In this document: positions 18,416 through 27,819 of the stretch, piece by piece
How positions within the stretch are numbered: the stretch's first letter is position 1
Layout: every line of letters begins with the position of its first letter
Source of the DNA: Alphaproteobacteria bacterium
GTDB lineage: Bacteria > Pseudomonadota > Alphaproteobacteria > SMXQ01
Assembly (NCBI GenBank): GCA_038145705.1
Contig: JAYQQF010000011.1
Coordinates: 43,753 to 107,752, forward strand
DNA: 64,000 nt
Direction: 5' to 3'
Position numbers and translations under genes: made by a program
Notes under the pieces: model-generated
Told to the model about the DNA's origin: nothing
What the model saw: the letters and a program-made list of their open reading frames with translations, nothing else
The model's database searches: none

Positions 18416-19714
18416 ATGCTGTCATCGGAACTGAACGATCTGATTACCCTGACCGGGCCCGGCACGCCGGGCGGCAACATGTTTCGCCGCTTCTGGATAC
18501 CCGCCTGCCTGTCGAAGGAAGTGGCCGAGCGCGAGGGCCCGCCCGTGCGCGTACGCCTGCTGGGCGAAAAGCTCGTCGCCTTCCGCGGCCGCGACGGCCG
18601 CGTAGCACTCATCGGCGAGCACTGCCCGCACAGGGGCGCCTCGCTCTATTTCGGGCGAAACGAGGACGGCGGCCTGCGCTGCCTCTATCATGGCTGGCTG
18701 GTCAACGCCGAGGGCCGCGTGACCGATGCCCCCGCCGAACCCGATCCTTCCGTCATCTGCCGCGACGCGCGGGGCATCGCCTATCCCACCCATGAAGTGG
18801 CGGGGATGGTTTTCACCTACATGGGCCCGCCCGAGAAAAAACCGCTGTTCCCGGCCTACCGCTTCACCACCGCGCCCGAAAATCACATGTACGTCACCAA
18901 GTCGCTGCAGGACTGCAATTACCTGCAGGGGCTGGAAGGGGAATGCGATTCGGCACATCTGTCCTTCCTGCACCGGGCGCTGCGCGGCCCGCTCGCCAAC
19001 CGCACCATCTTCACCAGCCGCAAGCCGCAGTATTCATATGAGCGCACCGACTTCGGCATCCGCCTGATCGCCACCCGCGAAACCGACGATGACCGGCTTT
19101 ACGTCCGGATATCGTCCTTCGTGCTGCCCTATGGCTGCTGGGTACCGGCGCGCAACCGCGAACTTCATATGCACGTGCCCGCCGACGACACCCACAGCTG
19201 GCGCTTCGATCTGGGGGTGCTCGATCACCCTGTTTCCGAGACTCCCAGCATCGACGACCGCGACCAGTTTCTGGACGAGGATTTCCGCAAGATTCCCAAC
19301 ATGTCGAACGATTACCTGCAGGACCGCGAGGTCCAGAAGCTCGACAATTTTTCAGGCATGAAAGGGTTTCTCGCGCAGGATTCGGCGGTCACCGAAAGCA
19401 TGGGGCCGCGCTTCGACCGCTCGCAGGAGTACCTCGGCCAGAGCGATGCCGGCATCGTCGCCGTGCGCAACCTGATGGTGAAGACCATTCGCGATCTGGA
19501 AAAGGGTATCGAGCCGCCGCAGGTGGTGACGAGGGCCGAAGACAACGTCTTCACCCATGTCGATACCTGTCAGGTCACCATCGACAAGGGCGAGGACTGG
19601 CGCAGGCACCTGCCCCATGTCGCCGCACCCAAGGCGGTGCCGGGGGCGCCATTGCCGCCCTTCCGCGATCCCGAGGGCAGCCTCAGGCGCGAAACCGGGA
19701 CCCACGTGCGTTAG
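18416..19714 (+). CDS. Rieske [2Fe-2S] non-heme iron oxygenase alpha subunit (alpha-only), paralog 3
   Basis: ATG 18416 preceded by GAGGGGGAG SD; MLSSELNDLITLTGPGTPGGNMFRRFWIP...CPHRGASL...CLYHGW; 40 nt downstream of sulfatase stop. Confidence 0.85.
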   Translation: MLSSELNDLITLTGPGTPGGNMFRRFWIPACLSKEVAEREGPPVRVRLLGEKLVAFRGRDGRVALIGEHCPHRGASLYFGRNEDGGLRCLYHGWLVNAEGRVTDAPAEPDPSVICRDARGIAYPTHEVAGMVFTYMGPPEKKPLFPAYRFTTAPENHMYVTKSLQDCNYLQGLEGECDSAHLSFLHRALRGPLANRTIFTSRKPQYSYERTDFGIRLIATRETDDDRLYVRISSFVLPYGCWVPARNRELHMHVPADDTHSWRFDLGVLDHPVSETPSIDDRDQFLDEDFRKIPNMSNDYLQDREVQKLDNFSGMKGFLAQDSAVTESMGPRFDRSQEYLGQSDAGIVAVRNLMVKTIRDLEKGIEPPQVVTRAEDNVFTHVDTCQVTIDKGEDWRRHLPHVAAPKAVPGAPLPPFRDPEGSLRRETGTHVR

Positions 19715-19721
19715 GGAAACC

Positions 19722-20441
19722 TCAGGCCTGGGCGCGGCGCAGCACGGCGTCGCCCGGCATCTGGCCGATGGCCTTGAACGACGAAATCGAGGCGTTCTCG
19801 ACATGGGCACGGGCCGCGGCACGGGCCGCCGTTATGTCGCGCGCCTCGATGGCGGCAACCAGCGCATCCACCTCGCCGATGCTTTCGGCCTTGCGCTCGG
19901 CGCGCGAGATGGACGCCGCGCGCATCGGACTGGTGCGCAGATGCAGCGTCATCAGCAGGTCGAAGGCCACCGGGTTGCGCGCACCTTCGCATAAGGCGTC
20001 GTAATAGATTTTCTTGGCGTCCAGGATAGCTTCCAGGTCGGCCAGCTGATAGGCGCGCTTGAGACCTTCGCCCGCTTCGCGGAATGCCGCGCAATCGGGC
20101 GCGCTCGCGCGTTCGATGAATTGTTCCGCGATCAGGGCTTCGAGCTCGGCGCGGATGCGATAGATGTTTTCGGCATCTTCCGTCGAAATCGGCGTGACCA
20201 TCAGCCCGCGTACGGTGGAATTGGAAATGACCCGCAGCGCCTCCAGCTCGCGCAGGGCTTCGCGCAGGCAGGTGCGGCTAACGCCGAGCTGCGCGCAGAG
20301 GTCCTTCTCGATCAGGCGTTCGCCCGGCTTGAGCACGCCCATTTCGATGGCCCGGCGCAGCGCCGTGATGATCTTCTGGCGCAGCGGCGCGAATTCGGTC
20401 TTGAGCGGCATCAGCTTGGTCGCAGCTTCGGATACGCTCAT
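19722..20441 (-). CDS. GntR-family transcriptional regulator (FadR/FCD subfamily)
   Basis: 239 aa; N-terminal wHTH (LKPGERLIEKDLCAQLGVSRTCLREALRELE) plus C-terminal FCD-like helical domain. Confidence 0.8.
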   Translation of the reverse strand: MSVSEAATKLMPLKTEFAPLRQKIITALRRAIEMGVLKPGERLIEKDLCAQLGVSRTCLREALRELEALRVISNSTVRGLMVTPISTEDAENIYRIRAELEALIAEQFIERASAPDCAAFREAGEGLKRAYQLADLEAILDAKKIYYDALCEGARNPVAFDLLMTLHLRTSPMRAASISRAERKAESIGEVDALVAAIEARDITAARAAARAHVENASISSFKAIGQMPGDAVLRRAQA

Positions 20442-20517
20442 GGTACGGGCCTTTCTTCGGGGGTTGAACGAAACGGCGTCCCGCCCCGGGGACGGGACGC
20501 CGCAATCACCTTGAAGA

Positions 20518-21621
20518 TCAGGACTTCTTGTCCTTGTTCTTCGACTTCTTCTTCACGTCACAGTTGACCTTGCAGTTCTTCTTGTAGCCCTTCATCGCTT
20601 CCTGGGCCTGTGCCACCAGATGCTTCGGCGTCCCCAGGGCTTCGCGGGTCATGGCATCGAGCGCCTCGCCCGTTTCGGGATCGATGTTGGCCTTCTGCTT
20701 CCCGGCATCGGCAAGGAAGCCCGCGTCCTTCGTCATCCTGGCGAAGCCGTCACGCAGGGCCTTCAGGCGGTCCGCGGGCAGGCCTTCCGGCGCGTTGAAT
20801 GCACGGCCGATGAAACCGCCGATCGACAGGAACTTCAGGATCTGCTGCTTTTCCTTGTCCTTGGTCAGTTCATGCATGAGGGGAAGGTTGGGCAGTTCCT
20901 TCTCGCGCTTGAGGCCGACCTGGACGATCGGGATCAGCTTGCCGGTCTTGAAGTCGTCGAAGTAACGGATGCGCCAGCTGGCCCAGGCGCTCGACTGTGC
21001 CTGGATTTCGCCACGGATCATCGCCAGCGTCTGCGCCGCCGAACCGCGGTAGCCGCAGATCATCTGGAAGTTGGCACCGAGCAGCGACATCATCGCGCGC
21101 GGCATGATGTAGCTCTGCGACCCCGCGCCTGTACAGCCGACAATGACCTTGGTTTTCTGTGCATCGGCGAAGGTCTTGACGTTGGCGTCACTGCGTACCG
21201 CAAAGACCGGATTGATCGGCGTAAAGCTGCCGATATAAGGCAGCTTGGCCGCGTCGAACTTGGCCTTCGACGGGAACAGGAGCTGGCTGACGGCCAGCGT
21301 GTCGGCGAACATGCCGATCATCGAGCCGTCCTTCGGCGCCACGTTGGCGAAGTAGTTGGCGGCCACCAGGCTGCCGGCGCCCGCCATGTTCTGAACGATG
21401 ACGTTGGGCTTGCCGGGGATGAACTTGCCGTAATGCCGTGCGGCGAGCTGGGCGTAGGCGGTGTAGGAACCCGCCGGCGGATAGCCGACGAGGATCTTCA
21501 TCGTCTTGCCCTTGTAGAAATCGGCAACCGAATCGGCCTTGGCCGGGGTGCCGGAAGCCGCGAAGGCCAGCGCCGCGACGGCGCCGATGGCGGCAGGTAC
21601 GAGATTTTTCAGACCACGCAT
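20518..21621 (-). CDS. TctC/Bug-family tripartite tricarboxylate transporter substrate-binding protein with Lys-rich, Cys-containing C-terminal tail
   Basis: ORF 20518..21921 trimmed to MRGLKNLVPAAIGAVAALAFAASGTPAKA (signal peptide, RBS GGGAG); TctC signature GKPNVIVQNMAGAGS; unusual tail ...KGYKKNCKVNCDVKKKSKNKDKKS. Confidence 0.75.
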   Translation of the reverse strand: MRGLKNLVPAAIGAVAALAFAASGTPAKADSVADFYKGKTMKILVGYPPAGSYTAYAQLAARHYGKFIPGKPNVIVQNMAGAGSLVAANYFANVAPKDGSMIGMFADTLAVSQLLFPSKAKFDAAKLPYIGSFTPINPVFAVRSDANVKTFADAQKTKVIVGCTGAGSQSYIMPRAMMSLLGANFQMICGYRGSAAQTLAMIRGEIQAQSSAWASWRIRYFDDFKTGKLIPIVQVGLKREKELPNLPLMHELTKDKEKQQILKFLSIGGFIGRAFNAPEGLPADRLKALRDGFARMTKDAGFLADAGKQKANIDPETGEALDAMTREALGTPKHLVAQAQEAMKGYKKNCKVNCDVKKKSKNKDKKS

Positions 21622-21755
21622 GATCAATCTCCCATTCTGTCCTGTTGATGTCCTCGATTCTGGCGCCCCTTGGTGGGGCTGTTGTATCGGGACCGGGTTG
21701 TTTGGGCCGGCAATGCCGGTACGCGTGCTGGTTACTCCTCCTCTGCTAGTGAATG

Positions 21756-23462
21756 TTACTTCGGATCGCCCTCCACCTCGCGACAGGGGGTCTCCGGAAT
21801 GATTCCCGAAGCGCGGCGCTGGGCCGTGCGACGGCCATTCTCGGCATAGTCGCCCTTGACCGCACGTTCGGCAGCGCGGTCCCAGGCCTCGAACCAGTCG
21901 CCGAGATCGTAGCCGTGCCACGGCGACTGGGCCTTGAGCTGCGGCAGGCCGAGCTTCTCCCAGAGCCGCTTCGCGCCTTCCATGTATTCCTTCTTCGGCA
22001 GCGCGAGCGGCGGCATGTCGCCCTTGAGGGTGGCGTCGATCAGCAGCGTGCCGTCCTCGTTGACGTTGCCCGATTTCGGCCCGTGGCCGCGCGGGCGATG
22101 GTGCAGGACCTCGATGTCGGTCAGCACGTTGGCGCGATAGGCCATCGCCCAGAACACCGCATCGCCGTCATCGGGATCGATGTCGTCGTTGACCGCGATC
22201 ACGTACTTGCCGCAGTCGGCGCGTAGTACGGCGGCGCCGTAAAGCGCGCGCCAGACCTCGGTGCGCGAGGTGGCTCGGTCCATGACCAGGAAGATCACCT
22301 TGCGGATATTGGTGAGCGGCTCGTGCAGCGCCACGCGCTTGACGCCGCGCAGGCCAAGCTGGTCGCGCAGGTGGGCCAGGAACATCGGCTCGTAGGCGAC
22401 GCGCTTGATGACGCTCGATTCGCTCGGCGTGACCTGCGAGATGATCGAGGCCAGCACCGGCTTCTTCTTCATGGTGATCGCCGTCACCTCGAAGATCATG
22501 TTGAAATCCTCGAGCGCGATATGGCCGTGGGATTCGCCGAAGGGGGCTTCCGGTTCAAGATAGGTGGTATCTACCTTGCCCTCGATCACCAGTTCGGCTT
22601 CCGCCGGCACCATCAGGTCGTTGGTCTTGCACTTGACCATGTTGATGGGCGCACCCGCGATGCCGCCGGCCACGTCGGCCTCGTCGCGGTGGGTGCCGAG
22701 CTTCTGCGGGCCGAGATAGGCAACAATGGGCGGCGCGCCGACGACGACGGCACACGGCATCGTCTTGGCGCCCTTCTTCTGGTACTTGAGCCAGTGCAGG
22801 TAGCCGCCGGCACCGCCTTCGCGGCTCGCCATGCGCACGGCGAGGCGGTTCGTCGCCTTGAGCCCGGCGCGATAAGTGCCCATGTTCTGCACGCCGGTTT
22901 CGGGATCGACGGTGACGACATTGGTCGCCGTGAAATAGGGTGCCGCGTCGAAACCAGGTGTGGAGATCGGCACCGGCAGGGCGTCGAGGCCCTTGTTGTC
23001 GCCGAGCAGGTCCTTGCCGGTCCACACCACTTCCTGGCAGGGCGCCGTCTTGACCACCTTGGGCGGGATCGGCTTCGCCATGCCGCGTTCCCAGCGCGCA
23101 CCGATCTCTTCAAGGGGCGCGTTCATGCCGATGGCATAGATATCCTGGTTGGCGGCCAGCGCGCCGACCACCACGGGCATGTCGAACTTGCGCCCACGCG
23201 CGTCGGTGACGTTGGTAAACAGGAAGGCCTTGCGCTCGCCCTCCTTGAGCCCGCCGCGGAACTGCCAGCGCACCAGCGGGTGCAACTCGGTGTCCTTGTT
23301 GACGGGCTCATCGATGGTGACAAGAAGCCCGGCCGCCTCGAGTGCCGCGAGGTGCTCCTGCAAATCGCGGTAGCCGCGCTTGGGCAGGGCGGGAATGCGG
23401 CCCTTGCCCGCCTTTGCGGACTTCGTCTTCTTGGTCTTGTCGAGCGCGGCTTTCTTCGCCAT
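21756..23462 (-). CDS. UbiD-family (prFMN-dependent) decarboxylase with Lys-rich N-terminal extension
   Basis: ORF 21756..23588 trimmed to MAKKAALDKTKKTKSAKAGKGRIPALPKRGYRDLQEHLAALEAAG...; UbiD core about 530 aa; no UbiX-like gene in window. Confidence 0.75.
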   Translation of the reverse strand: MAKKAALDKTKKTKSAKAGKGRIPALPKRGYRDLQEHLAALEAAGLLVTIDEPVNKDTELHPLVRWQFRGGLKEGERKAFLFTNVTDARGRKFDMPVVVGALAANQDIYAIGMNAPLEEIGARWERGMAKPIPPKVVKTAPCQEVVWTGKDLLGDNKGLDALPVPISTPGFDAAPYFTATNVVTVDPETGVQNMGTYRAGLKATNRLAVRMASREGGAGGYLHWLKYQKKGAKTMPCAVVVGAPPIVAYLGPQKLGTHRDEADVAGGIAGAPINMVKCKTNDLMVPAEAELVIEGKVDTTYLEPEAPFGESHGHIALEDFNMIFEVTAITMKKKPVLASIISQVTPSESSVIKRVAYEPMFLAHLRDQLGLRGVKRVALHEPLTNIRKVIFLVMDRATSRTEVWRALYGAAVLRADCGKYVIAVNDDIDPDDGDAVFWAMAYRANVLTDIEVLHHRPRGHGPKSGNVNEDGTLLIDATLKGDMPPLALPKKEYMEGAKRLWEKLGLPQLKAQSPWHGYDLGDWFEAWDRAAERAVKGDYAENGRRTAQRRASGIIPETPCREVEGDPK

Positions 23463-23521
23463 TTCGCTGGTGCTCCGGAACAAAAATGGGGATGGCCCCG
23501 GCAAGCCGGGGCTATCACATC

Positions 23522-25288
23522 TTACAGGTATTCCACCATGGGGCGGCGCACATATTCGGGCGCGACGCGGACGTCGAGCACGAAGCACTTACCCGCCTTC
23601 ACGGCAGCAAGCGCGCGCTTCAGGCCATCGGCAACGGCGGCGATGTCGTCGATGCGCTCACCTTCCCATCCTTGCGCGCGGGCGATGCCGACGAGATCGG
23701 CGTCCGGGCCCTCCATGCGCTGGCCGATCGGCGCGTTTTCTTCCGGCCGGCCGCGATGATGCGCGATGTGCTTCTGGTGTTCTTCGTCGTTGTAGTAGGA
23801 ACGGTTGTTGGCGACGACCAGCAGCATCGGGATCTTCTGGTTGGCCGCCGTCCACAGGGCGTTGACCCCCATCATGAAATCGCCGTCGCCCAGCACCGCG
23901 ACCGGGATGCGGCCGGGCGCCGTGTCGCGCAGCGCAAGCGCCGCGCCGACCGCCATGCCCGGGCCGGAGCCAACGCCGCCGCCGCCGTTCGAGCCGAGGA
24001 AATCGAGCGGGCCTTCGATGAAGTTGCCGTTGGGCGGCCAGCCCAGCGAACGCGACATGATGCTGATCGGCTCACCCTGGGTCACGGCCGCGAACACGCG
24101 GGCAAGGTCGTTGATGTTGACCGGGCCCGACTTGGCATCGGGTTCGGGAACCTCGGGCAGCGGACGCGCGGCTGGCTTCGGCTTCTTCGCCACGTTGGCG
24201 CGCGCGAGGCCTTCGAGCAGGCAGACGACCGCCGTTTCCGGCACCGTCGCCATCCACACATCGACGGCGGGCATGATCTCGTAATCCATGCTCCAGCCGT
24301 TGTGGATACGATAGTCGTTGCTGACGTTGATAACGACGGGGCCCTTGCCGGAGCCGGGCGGGAAGGCCTGCTGCACGGTACCGGCGGGATCGACCCAGTC
24401 GAGGCTGAGCACGACGTCGGCCTGTTTCACCAGTTCGACCAGCGACGGGCGCAGCTTCCAGCCGGTTTCACCGGCGTAAAGCGGATGGGAGGTCGGGAAG
24501 CTCGCCGCATCCTTGAGGCTGGTGAGAACCCGCGCCCCCAGCCATTCAGCCAGTTCCACGCGCTTGTCCCAGCCATCCTGGGAGCGCGAAACGCGGCCCG
24601 ACAGGATCAGCGGGTTCTTGGCCTTGGCGAGCGCGGCGACGGCCTGTTCGATGGCGCTGCGCGGCGGCTCGTTGTCGGCGGCGGGCTGGTAGCGCGAGAC
24701 GTCCTCGAACTTCGGCCACTCGTCCAGCTCCATTTCCTGGATCGCGGCGTCGAGGTTGATGTAGCAGGGGCCCGCGGGGCGCGCGCGCGCGATGGTGAAG
24801 GCGCGGCGGATCGATTCGACGGCAGCCGCAGGCGAGGCCGGCTGGTCGTCCCACTTCGTGTAGCCGCGCACCAGCGCGCCCTGGTCGGCGCAGGTGTGGA
24901 TCCAGTCGATCCACGGACGGCGCTTCATGGCGTCGACCGGGCCCGTGGCGCCCAGCAGCACCACCGGCATGCGGTTGCACCAGGCGTTGAAGACGGCCAT
25001 GCTGGCATGCATCAGCCCGACGTTGGAATGGACGATGGCGGCAAGCGGCGTGCCCGTGACCGTCGCCCAGCCGTGAGCCATGGCGACGGCGTGTTCTTCA
25101 TGCATGCAGACGATCATCTGCGGCGTCTTGTTGCCGAGAAAGTTAACGAGGCTGTCGTGCAGGCCACGGTAGCTGGCGCCGGGGTTGAGGCAGACGTAGG
25201 GCACATTTTGTTCCCGCAGCGCCTGGGCAATGACGTCGGACCCCCAAATCTTGTTGGCGTTCTTGGGGTCAGGACCGTGATCGGGCAT
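23522..25288 (-). CDS. thiamine diphosphate-dependent enzyme (acetolactate synthase/benzoylformate decarboxylase superfamily), paralog 1
   Basis: 588 aa; N-terminal Pyr domain (NPGASYRGLHDSL...MHEEHAVAMAHG), central domain, C-terminal PP domain with GDGDFMMG...NN TPP-binding motif. Confidence 0.8.
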   Translation of the reverse strand: MPDHGPDPKNANKIWGSDVIAQALREQNVPYVCLNPGASYRGLHDSLVNFLGNKTPQMIVCMHEEHAVAMAHGWATVTGTPLAAIVHSNVGLMHASMAVFNAWCNRMPVVLLGATGPVDAMKRRPWIDWIHTCADQGALVRGYTKWDDQPASPAAAVESIRRAFTIARARPAGPCYINLDAAIQEMELDEWPKFEDVSRYQPAADNEPPRSAIEQAVAALAKAKNPLILSGRVSRSQDGWDKRVELAEWLGARVLTSLKDAASFPTSHPLYAGETGWKLRPSLVELVKQADVVLSLDWVDPAGTVQQAFPPGSGKGPVVINVSNDYRIHNGWSMDYEIMPAVDVWMATVPETAVVCLLEGLARANVAKKPKPAARPLPEVPEPDAKSGPVNINDLARVFAAVTQGEPISIMSRSLGWPPNGNFIEGPLDFLGSNGGGGVGSGPGMAVGAALALRDTAPGRIPVAVLGDGDFMMGVNALWTAANQKIPMLLVVANNRSYYNDEEHQKHIAHHRGRPEENAPIGQRMEGPDADLVGIARAQGWEGERIDDIAAVADGLKRALAAVKAGKCFVLDVRVAPEYVRRPMVEYL

Positions 25289-25404
25289 GATGTCTCCGTT
25301 CGGATGGGGTGTTGTATATGACGATCATAATGTATTACTAAAACCAGTCCACCTTGTGGACCCCCACAGTCACGATCACCGCAAATTTTTCAGATAGGCC
25401 GAAG

Positions 25405-27819
25405 ATGCCCAAGGACGCCCATCACGCGAGCCTCGAAACCGAACTCGACACTCCCGACGCGGAAGGCTTCCGCGCCATCGGCCAGCCGATCCGCCGCAAG
25501 GAAGACGAGCGGCTGCTGACCGGCAAGGGGCGCTTCTCTGACGATTTTGCCCTGCCCGGACAGACCTACGCGGTGATGGCGCGCTCGCCCTACCCGCACG
25601 CGCGCATCAAGGAAATCCGCAAGGAGAGCGTCGCCAGCATGCCTGGCGTACTCGGCGTGTTCACGGGCAAGGATGTGCTGGCGGAAAACATCGGCCCCAT
25701 CCCGCACGACCCGGTGCCTTCGACCAAGTACGACATGAAGCTGACGGCGCCCGACGGCACCCGCAACGTCTTCATCGGCCCCCATTACCTGCTGCCCGCC
25801 GACCGCGCCCGACATGTCGGCGAGGCCGTCGCCATGGTCGTCGCCGAAACCCGCGACCAGGCGCAGGATGCGGCGGAAGCCCTCGATATCGTTTACGAGG
25901 AACTGCCTTTCGTTGCGGGGACCGCGGCGGCGGCGGAACCCGGCGCGCCCGCCGTCTGGGACGAGGTTCCCGACAACGTCTTCATCGACACCTGGTTCGG
26001 CGACAAGGACGCTACCGACCGCGCCTTCACCCGCGCCGATCACGTGTTTTCGATGGATTTCCATATTGACCGCGTCACCGGCGTACCGATGGAACCGCGC
26101 GCGGCGCTGGCCGCGCTCGACGAGCGGACCGGCAACTTCACCCTGTGGGCGGGATCAGGCGGCGCCGTGCGCCAGAAGCGCGAGCTCGCAAGCATCCTCG
26201 GCATCCCGCAGGACAAGCTGCGCGTGCTGTCCTTCGATGTCGGCGGCAACTTCGGCACGCGCAACCGCGTCTATGTCGAGTTCGGCCTCGTGCTGTGGGC
26301 GGCGCGCACGCTCAAGCGCCCGGTCAAGTTCACCGCGACGCGGTCCGAAGCCTTCCTGTCGGACTACCAGGGCCGCGACCTTGTCACCAAGGTGTCGCTG
26401 GCGATGGATAAGTCGGGGAAGTTCCTCGCCATGCGGGCCGACAACATTTCCAATGTCGGCGCGCGCTGCGTGTCGCTGTCGCCGCTCGGCAAGGGTTCAG
26501 CGCTGATTACCGGCTCCTACGACATTCCGGTGGCGAGCCTTCATGCCCGCGCCGTGTTCACCAACACCATGTGCACCCAGGCCTACCGTTCATCGGGACG
26601 GCCGGAGGTGAACTTCGCGCTCGAACGCCTGATCGATACGGCGGCGCGCGAGCTGGGCTTCGACCGCATCGATCTGCGCCGCAGGAATTTCGTGCCGCCC
26701 GCGAAGATGCCCTACATGAACCCGGTCGGCGCCCAGTACGACAGCGGCACCTATGAAGCCAACCTCGATCTTTCGATGAAGATCGCGGACTGGGACGGCT
26801 TCGCCGCGCGGCGCAAGGAAAGCGAAGCGCGCGGGCGCCTGCGCGGCCTCGGCCTCGGCCATTACGTCGAATCCTCGATCGGCTCGCCGAAGGAACGCGC
26901 CGACATCTCGGTGCACGGGGAAGGCACGGTGACCGTGGTCATCGGCACCCAGCCCTCGGGCCAGGGCCACGAAACCAGCTTTTCGCAGGTAGTGGCGGAC
27001 CGCCTCGGCGTGCCGTTCTCCGCCGTGCGCATCGTCATCGGCGACACCGACGTGGTGAAGGCGGGCGGCGGCAGCCATTCGGGCCGCTCCATGCGCCATG
27101 CCGGCACGGTGATGAGCATGGCGTCGAACGACCTGATCGCCAAGGGCAAGCGCATCGCGGCGGTGCTGTGGAACGTGCCCGCCGACACGGTCATGTGGGA
27201 AGACCATCGCTTCACCCTGCCCGGCACCAACCATGCGCTCAACGTGTTCGACCTTGCGCGCGAGGCGGCCAAGGCGTCGCTGCCCGACGACCTTGCCGAC
27301 GGGCTTGCGGTCAGCCGCGAAAACGAAATGCACGACCCGGTATTCCCCAACGGCTGCGCCATCTGCGAGGTCGAGGTTGACCCCGAGACCGGCCGCGTCG
27401 ACCTGGTGCGCTATACCTCCATCGACGACGTCGGGCGCTGCATCAATCCGCTGATCGTCCACGGCCAGACCCATGGCGGCGTGGCGCAAGGCGTCGGCCA
27501 GGCGATGTGGGAACAGTGCGTCATCGATCCCGATTCGGGCCAGCCGATGATCGGCACCTTCATGGACTACGGCATGCCGCGGTCCGACAACATCCCCTCG
27601 ATCACCTCCGAAATCGTCGAAGTGCTGTCGCCGACCAACCCGCTCGGCATCAAGGCAGGCGGCGAAGGCGGCACGACGCCCGCCCTTTCGGTCGTCACCA
27701 ACGCCGTCATCGACGCGCTGTGGCCGCTCGGCGTGCGCGACATCAAGATGCCGCTGACCCCCATTACCGTATGGCGCGCCATTCAGGCCGCGAAGAAGAA
27801 AGGGAATATCGGAAAATGA
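25405..27819 (+). CDS. xanthine dehydrogenase/CoxL-family molybdopterin-binding large subunit (molybdenum hydroxylase)
   Basis: ORF 25354..27819 trimmed to MPKDAHHASLETELDTPDAEGFRAIGQPIRRKEDERLLTGKGRFSDD...; about 804 aa aldehyde oxidase/xanthine dehydrogenase a/b hammerhead + MoCo-binding domains; no FeS small or FAD medium subunit gene adjacent. Confidence 0.8.
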   Translation: MPKDAHHASLETELDTPDAEGFRAIGQPIRRKEDERLLTGKGRFSDDFALPGQTYAVMARSPYPHARIKEIRKESVASMPGVLGVFTGKDVLAENIGPIPHDPVPSTKYDMKLTAPDGTRNVFIGPHYLLPADRARHVGEAVAMVVAETRDQAQDAAEALDIVYEELPFVAGTAAAAEPGAPAVWDEVPDNVFIDTWFGDKDATDRAFTRADHVFSMDFHIDRVTGVPMEPRAALAALDERTGNFTLWAGSGGAVRQKRELASILGIPQDKLRVLSFDVGGNFGTRNRVYVEFGLVLWAARTLKRPVKFTATRSEAFLSDYQGRDLVTKVSLAMDKSGKFLAMRADNISNVGARCVSLSPLGKGSALITGSYDIPVASLHARAVFTNTMCTQAYRSSGRPEVNFALERLIDTAARELGFDRIDLRRRNFVPPAKMPYMNPVGAQYDSGTYEANLDLSMKIADWDGFAARRKESEARGRLRGLGLGHYVESSIGSPKERADISVHGEGTVTVVIGTQPSGQGHETSFSQVVADRLGVPFSAVRIVIGDTDVVKAGGGSHSGRSMRHAGTVMSMASNDLIAKGKRIAAVLWNVPADTVMWEDHRFTLPGTNHALNVFDLAREAAKASLPDDLADGLAVSRENEMHDPVFPNGCAICEVEVDPETGRVDLVRYTSIDDVGRCINPLIVHGQTHGGVAQGVGQAMWEQCVIDPDSGQPMIGTFMDYGMPRSDNIPSITSEIVEVLSPTNPLGIKAGGEGGTTPALSVVTNAVIDALWPLGVRDIKMPLTPITVWRAIQAAKKKGNIGK

